The notes under the pieces were generated by a model. That model had not been told where the DNA came from. It saw only the letters and a program-made list of their open reading frames with translations, and did no database searches. Shown here one piece after another: positions 60,029 to 64,000 of a stretch of 64,000 nucleotides of DNA (its first letter is position 1; the number at the start of each line of letters is the position of its first letter). This DNA is from Chlorobiaceae bacterium (lineage in GTDB: Bacteria; Bacteroidota; Chlorobiia; Chlorobiales; Chlorobiaceae). Made by a program: the position numbers and the translations under genes. The stretch is from contig JAFGER010000017.1 of the NCBI GenBank assembly GCA_016931495.1, forward strand, positions 835-64,834. The letters run 5' to 3'.

Positions 60029-60429
60029 TGGAGATGGCGGGACTTGAACCCGCGTCCAGAACACTGCTCGATGCAGTCACCACACTCATCTCCGGTGATT
60101 GGGTTGTCGGGGGGCGATTACATCACCGGCAACGTTCGTCCCCTTATCCCGAGTTTGTACCCGCACACCCCCTCGGGCATGAATGTGCGGAGCTTACTTG
60201 CGCGAACCCGTAGGCTCAAGCGCGGGTTATGCCATCCGGCGGCTTCAGAGTAAGCGCATTCACCGCGGGACGATGGCGTCTGGGTTAACTTCTGTTAATC
60301 AGGCAGCCATTGCATACGAATAATCGTCTGCATCTATTGGTACATAGACTTGTTTAACGAGTCCGTCCATGCTGAAACTCGGAGTGCAACGACATCTCAC
60401 ACCTATCCTGTCGATAGCCTGTCATCCCC
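60029..60429 (-). ncRNA. ssrA: tmRNA
   Basis: 5' GGGGATGACAGGCTATCGAC, 3' GGGTTCAAGTCCCGCCATCTCCA; tag reading frame 60331-60299 encodes ADDYSYAMAA-stop. Confidence 0.97.
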
Positions 60430-60538
60430 AGTAAGTCAAAGAACCATGCTTGCGCATGCAAGAAGGAGTAGATAACATTTTCTCCTTTCATTGTCAACAA
60501 TTGTTCATGACGCAGAGTTCCGGCCAGCATCACAAACA

Positions 60539-61102
60539 TCAGTTCATGCCTGGCAGCTCCGGAGAGTTGGCCACGAAACAGTACTCTCCACCCTTGGAGC
60601 GGACGGTTCGGCTCCACATCCGCTCGTACTCGTCGGTGAAAACAAGCTCGTTCGATGCGTCTGCGATGTACCATGAGCCCTCCTCGAATTCATCCTTGAG
60701 CTGCCCCGGGCTCCAGCCGGCATAACCCAGGAAGAAGCGCACTTCGGATGGCTTGATGACCCCGGTGTTGATGAGGTAGCTGAGCTGCTCCTTGTCGCCT
60801 CCCCAGAACAGGCCATCAATGACTTCCAGAGCGCCGTCGATCACATCGCCCCTGGTGTGCAGAAAATGCACCGTATCGACCTGCACCGGGCCGCCCATGT
60901 GCAGCGGCTCGTCGATATCATCGAAACCGCTGATGGCTTCGCAAACCTTGAACTCCATCGGACGGTTCAGAATGAAACCGATCGAGCCTTCGTCGTTGTG
61001 CTCACACATGAGAAGAACGGTCCGCTTGAAGTTGGATTCGAGCAGATTTGCCGACGCAAGCAGCAACTTGCCCGGCTTGAGTATTTCAAATTCGTTAACC
61101 AT
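60539..61102 (-). CDS. YqgE/AlgH family protein
   Basis: FKRTVLLMCEH, GFILNRP, GGPV, RFFLGYAGWSPGQL. Confidence 0.92.
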   Translation of the reverse strand: MVNEFEILKPGKLLLASANLLESNFKRTVLLMCEHNDEGSIGFILNRPMEFKVCEAISGFDDIDEPLHMGGPVQVDTVHFLHTRGDVIDGALEVIDGLFWGGDKEQLSYLINTGVIKPSEVRFFLGYAGWSPGQLKDEFEEGSWYIADASNELVFTDEYERMWSRTVRSKGGEYCFVANSPELPGMN

Positions 61103-61105
61103 GTG

Positions 61106-61576
61106 TCAAGTTTTTGGCTGTAACCACTCAAGCACTTCAGCCGCGTGAGTTTCCGGTTTGACCTTCGGCCATACTTTTTCGATAACGCCCTGTTCGTCAA
61201 TGAGATAGGTAACCCGGTTCGTGCCCATGTACTCCTTGCCCATGAACTTTTTCAGTCCCCACACGCCATAAGGTTCGACGATTTTTTTCTCGTCATCGAC
61301 CAGAAGCGTGAAGGGCAGTTCATACTTGTCGGCGAATTTGCGGTGGGCTTTCTGCCCATCGACGCTCACGCCGAGCACTACTGCGTCCAGCTTTTGAAAA
61401 TTAGGAAAATTGTCGCGAAAAGCGCAAGCCTCCCTGGTGCAACCCGGCGTGTCGTCCTTGGGATAGAAGTAGAGAACGACCTTCCGGCCAATGAAATCAC
61501 GAAGTGAAACTTCGTTGCCATCCTGATCTTTCACGGTAAACTCCGGAGCCTTCTGGCCAGCCTGCAATAGTGCCAT
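61106..61576 (-). CDS. bcp: Thioredoxin-dependent peroxiredoxin Bcp
   Basis: [27 protein letters not shown]. Confidence 0.94.
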   Translation of the reverse strand: MALLQAGQKAPEFTVKDQDGNEVSLRDFIGRKVVLYFYPKDDTPGCTREACAFRDNFPNFQKLDAVVLGVSVDGQKAHRKFADKYELPFTLLVDDEKKIVEPYGVWGLKKFMGKEYMGTNRVTYLIDEQGVIEKVWPKVKPETHAAEVLEWLQPKT

Positions 61577-61947
61577 AATCGTTGATTTATCTTTCAATTT
61601 TCATTCAGTTTTCAGCATCGGACAATTCTGTCCGCCAACAAAAAGTTTCCCGGATTTTTCATCGCGCCTGAGCGAGAATGCGCATCTTCAGAAATTATTT
61701 GGTCACCGCCCCGGTTTTTTACGAATAAAATCGAGCAGCAGCATTAAGCTTCCGCTCTGAAATGAAAAACGTCTCTGAAAAGTATGACAAGCGGCCCGAG
61801 GGCGCGGCGGATCGAGATCAGAAACCGGAGCGTCCACACAGGGTGTGTGGTGATTTCGAGCACCGCCCGACACAGCAATCAGAACGCGCAAGAAGTTTTT
61901 TGATGCGCCCTCTGGAAACAACCTGAAACCGATACCTGCGTTACGGC

Positions 61948-62466
61948 ATGAAACCCTTTGCATTTTGTCCGCATTGCGCGACACCGCTGAACGAAGCCCT
62001 GATCGAGGGCCGGCAACGCAAGAGCTGCCCGCAATGCGGCTGGATTCATTATATCAATCCCCTGCCGGTGGCCGTGGCGCTCACGCTGAACAGCAACAAC
62101 GAGCTGCTGGTCATCCGGCGCGCGCACGAACCGGCGCTCAACGAATGGGCGCTGCCCGGCGGATTCCTCGAAACGGGCGAACGTCCCGAAGAGGGATGCC
62201 TGCGGGAGTTGTACGAAGAGACCTCGCTCGAAGGTTCCATTGACGGGCTGATCGGGGTCTGGCATCGCGAATCGGAGCTGTACGGTTCGCTGATGGTGGT
62301 GGCGTACCGGGTTCGCGCGGCGCATGAAAACATCCGCATCAACCACGAGGTGTTCGAGGCGGGCTTCTACACTCCAGAAAGCCTGCCGCCGGTGCGCATT
62401 CCGCTGCACGCGCAGATCATCGAGGCGAGCCGGTGGCCGGAGCCCGACCTGTCGCTCACTCCCTGA
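61948..62466 (+). CDS. Zinc-ribbon NUDIX hydrolase
   Basis: FCPHCA..CPQCG..YINP, WALPGGF..RELYEET. Confidence 0.9.
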   Translation: MKPFAFCPHCATPLNEALIEGRQRKSCPQCGWIHYINPLPVAVALTLNSNNELLVIRRAHEPALNEWALPGGFLETGERPEEGCLRELYEETSLEGSIDGLIGVWHRESELYGSLMVVAYRVRAAHENIRINHEVFEAGFYTPESLPPVRIPLHAQIIEASRWPEPDLSLTP

Positions 62467-63703
62467 CGGCCCGCTGCGGAACCGTCGCGCCCTGGAGCTG
62501 ATAGACCTTGAGATCGAAGAAGGGCAGCACGGCGAAAATATGATCCATGATGTCGGCCTGCACCGCTTCGTAGGCCGCCCAGTCCTTGGTTCTGGTGAAG
62601 CAATAGACCTCGCATGGCAAGCCGAACGCATCCGGTTGCAGGTACCGGATCATCACCATCATATCAGTGTTGATTTTGGCCATGCTGCGCACGTAAGCTT
62701 CGAGATAGGCCCTGAAAGTGCCGAGATTGGTCATGCGGCGGCCATTGACCGGCGAGCTTTCATCGGCCATCACCGCCCGGTTGAAGTTCTCGATCTCCTG
62801 ACGCCGCTCCTTCAGGTACGGCTTCAGCAACTGCACGGCTTCGATTTTTCCGGTGAGCTCGTCGTCGAGGAACCGGATGCTCTGCATGTCGATGCTGAAC
62901 GAGCGCTTGATGCGCCGGCCTTCAGACTCCTGCATACCGCGCCAGTTCCTGAACCCCTCGGAAATTAGCGTGTAGGCGGGAATCACGACGATGCTCTTGT
63001 CGAAGTTCTGCACCGAAACGGTCACGAGAGAAATATCGATCACGTCACCGTCGGCGCCGTATTTGGGCATCTCGATCCAGTCACCGATACGCACCAGATC
63101 GTTGCTCGAAAGCTGCACGCCCGCCACGAGGCCGAGGATCGAGTCCTTGAAAATCAGCAGCAGCACCGCCGTGAACGCGCCGATACCGCTGAAAAAAACT
63201 ACTGGCGACTGGCCTATGAGCCGCGAAATCACGACAATCAAACCGATAAACACGATGATGGTCTTGATGACCTGCACGATGCTTTTGACCGGCAGTCTGG
63301 TGCCCACGGGATGACGCGAGAAAAACTCGTAAAGCACATCGAGCGTCGAAATCAGCAGCATGATGACCACAAACGCGAACAGCATGATCAGCACATCGTG
63401 CACCACCGGCACCGCGTCGGGATAGAAGCGCAGCACCGTCCCGGCCATACGGTAGGCCAGCACCGGAGGCACCATGCGGGCAACCCAGACGAAGACATCG
63501 TAGCGCACCAGAAGATCGTCAAGCTTCGTGGCGGTTCTCGCCGCAAACTTGCTAATAAAACGCAGCAGCACTTTTTTAAGAATGACCTCGACGATCCAGA
63601 TCAACAGCATGGCCGCCACCACCCCGATCAGGGTGGCAAGCGGCATCGCTATGGCGCGATCGATTCTGAACGATTCAAGAAAGAGAAGCAGGGAATCAAG
63701 CAT
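62456..63703 (-). CDS. Small-conductance mechanosensitive channel (YbdG/MscM-like)
   Basis: FKDSILGLVAGVQL, RIGDWIEMPKYGADGDV, NWRGMQESEGRRIKRS, TNLGTFRAY. Confidence 0.92.
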   Translation of the reverse strand: MLDSLLLFLESFRIDRAIAMPLATLIGVVAAMLLIWIVEVILKKVLLRFISKFAARTATKLDDLLVRYDVFVWVARMVPPVLAYRMAGTVLRFYPDAVPVVHDVLIMLFAFVVIMLLISTLDVLYEFFSRHPVGTRLPVKSIVQVIKTIIVFIGLIVVISRLIGQSPVVFFSGIGAFTAVLLLIFKDSILGLVAGVQLSSNDLVRIGDWIEMPKYGADGDVIDISLVTVSVQNFDKSIVVIPAYTLISEGFRNWRGMQESEGRRIKRSFSIDMQSIRFLDDELTGKIEAVQLLKPYLKERRQEIENFNRAVMADESSPVNGRRMTNLGTFRAYLEAYVRSMAKINTDMMVMIRYLQPDAFGLPCEVYCFTRTKDWAAYEAVQADIMDHIFAVLPFFDLKVYQLQGATVPQRAVRE

Positions 63704-63828
63704 TACACGAGCAATTGATATTCATGAAATCAACATGCGGCAAAAACAGGAAAAGCCGCGTCGTGCTTAATTAAAACAAAAAATCCGGAATGAACCGAAG
63801 TGCGCCGCCGGGAGCCGGGCCAGGCCGC

Positions 63829-63999
63829 TCAGGCTTTGTCGCTCTCGTGGGCGAGCGGGAAGGTCACCGTGAAGGTCGAGCCGCTGTTGGTTCTGGAGCG
63901 CACCTCGACCTTGCCTTTGTGCGCCAGCACGATGTGCTTGACGATCGACAGGCCGAGCCCTGTGCCGCCAAGCTCGCGGGAGCGGGCCTTGTCAACGCG
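63829..63999 (-). CDS. Sensor histidine kinase C-terminal fragment (PhoR-like)
   Basis: [24 protein letters not shown]...GSTFTVTFP HATPase G2 box; 5' part lies outside the window. Confidence 0.88.
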   Translation of the reverse strand, partial: RVDKARSRELGGTGLGLSIVKHIVLAHKGKVEVRSRTNSGSTFTVTFPLAHESDKA

Positions 64000-64000
64000 G

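Noticed and set aside
61703-61984. 93-aa minus-strand ORF upstream of the NUDIX gene, and similar small intergenic ORFs at 26748-26994 and 59783-60016
   Set aside because: No RBS, motif or native codon bias; they overlap promoter or terminator regions.

Overview
A GC-rich chromosomal backbone segment from a green sulfur bacterium (Chlorobiaceae, most like Chlorobaculum). The assignment rests on bchI/bchD, the tmRNA tag ADDYSYAMAA and a SAM-Chlorobi-like RNA before metK-ahcY. Most of the window is housekeeping: bchD-bchI, lpdA, rluD, uup-like ABC-F, ribD, rqc2, lptF, secG, hisB, rny-6S-zapA, pheT, six tRNAs, metK-ahcY, trpF, kefC-like, sulP, tspO, ald, metB-cysK-thiSGHF, recQ, ssrA, bcp, mscS and a PhoR-like fragment. 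There is no CRISPR array, prophage, integrase or intact transposase. The most interesting signals are these. (1) A window-wide set of intergenic 9-bp-period micro-arrays in three sequence families, two of them inside a shared module of 7-mer repeat, hairpin and GTCCAC array. (2) Three REP/REPIN-like palindrome families with no cognate transposase in the window. (3) A yeast-Mtd1-type monofunctional methylene-THF dehydrogenase coupled to a separate FchA-type cyclohydrolase. (4) An unannotated multi-stem RNA candidate plus terminator ahead of the sulfur/thiazole operon. (5) An AT-rich DUF5677-like gene flanked by direct repeats with integron-cassette-like features. (6) An AT-rich islet encoding a beta-barrel, a Pro-rich small protein and an L,D-transpeptidase. 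All calls are by-eye motif recognition; no database searches or folding programs were run.
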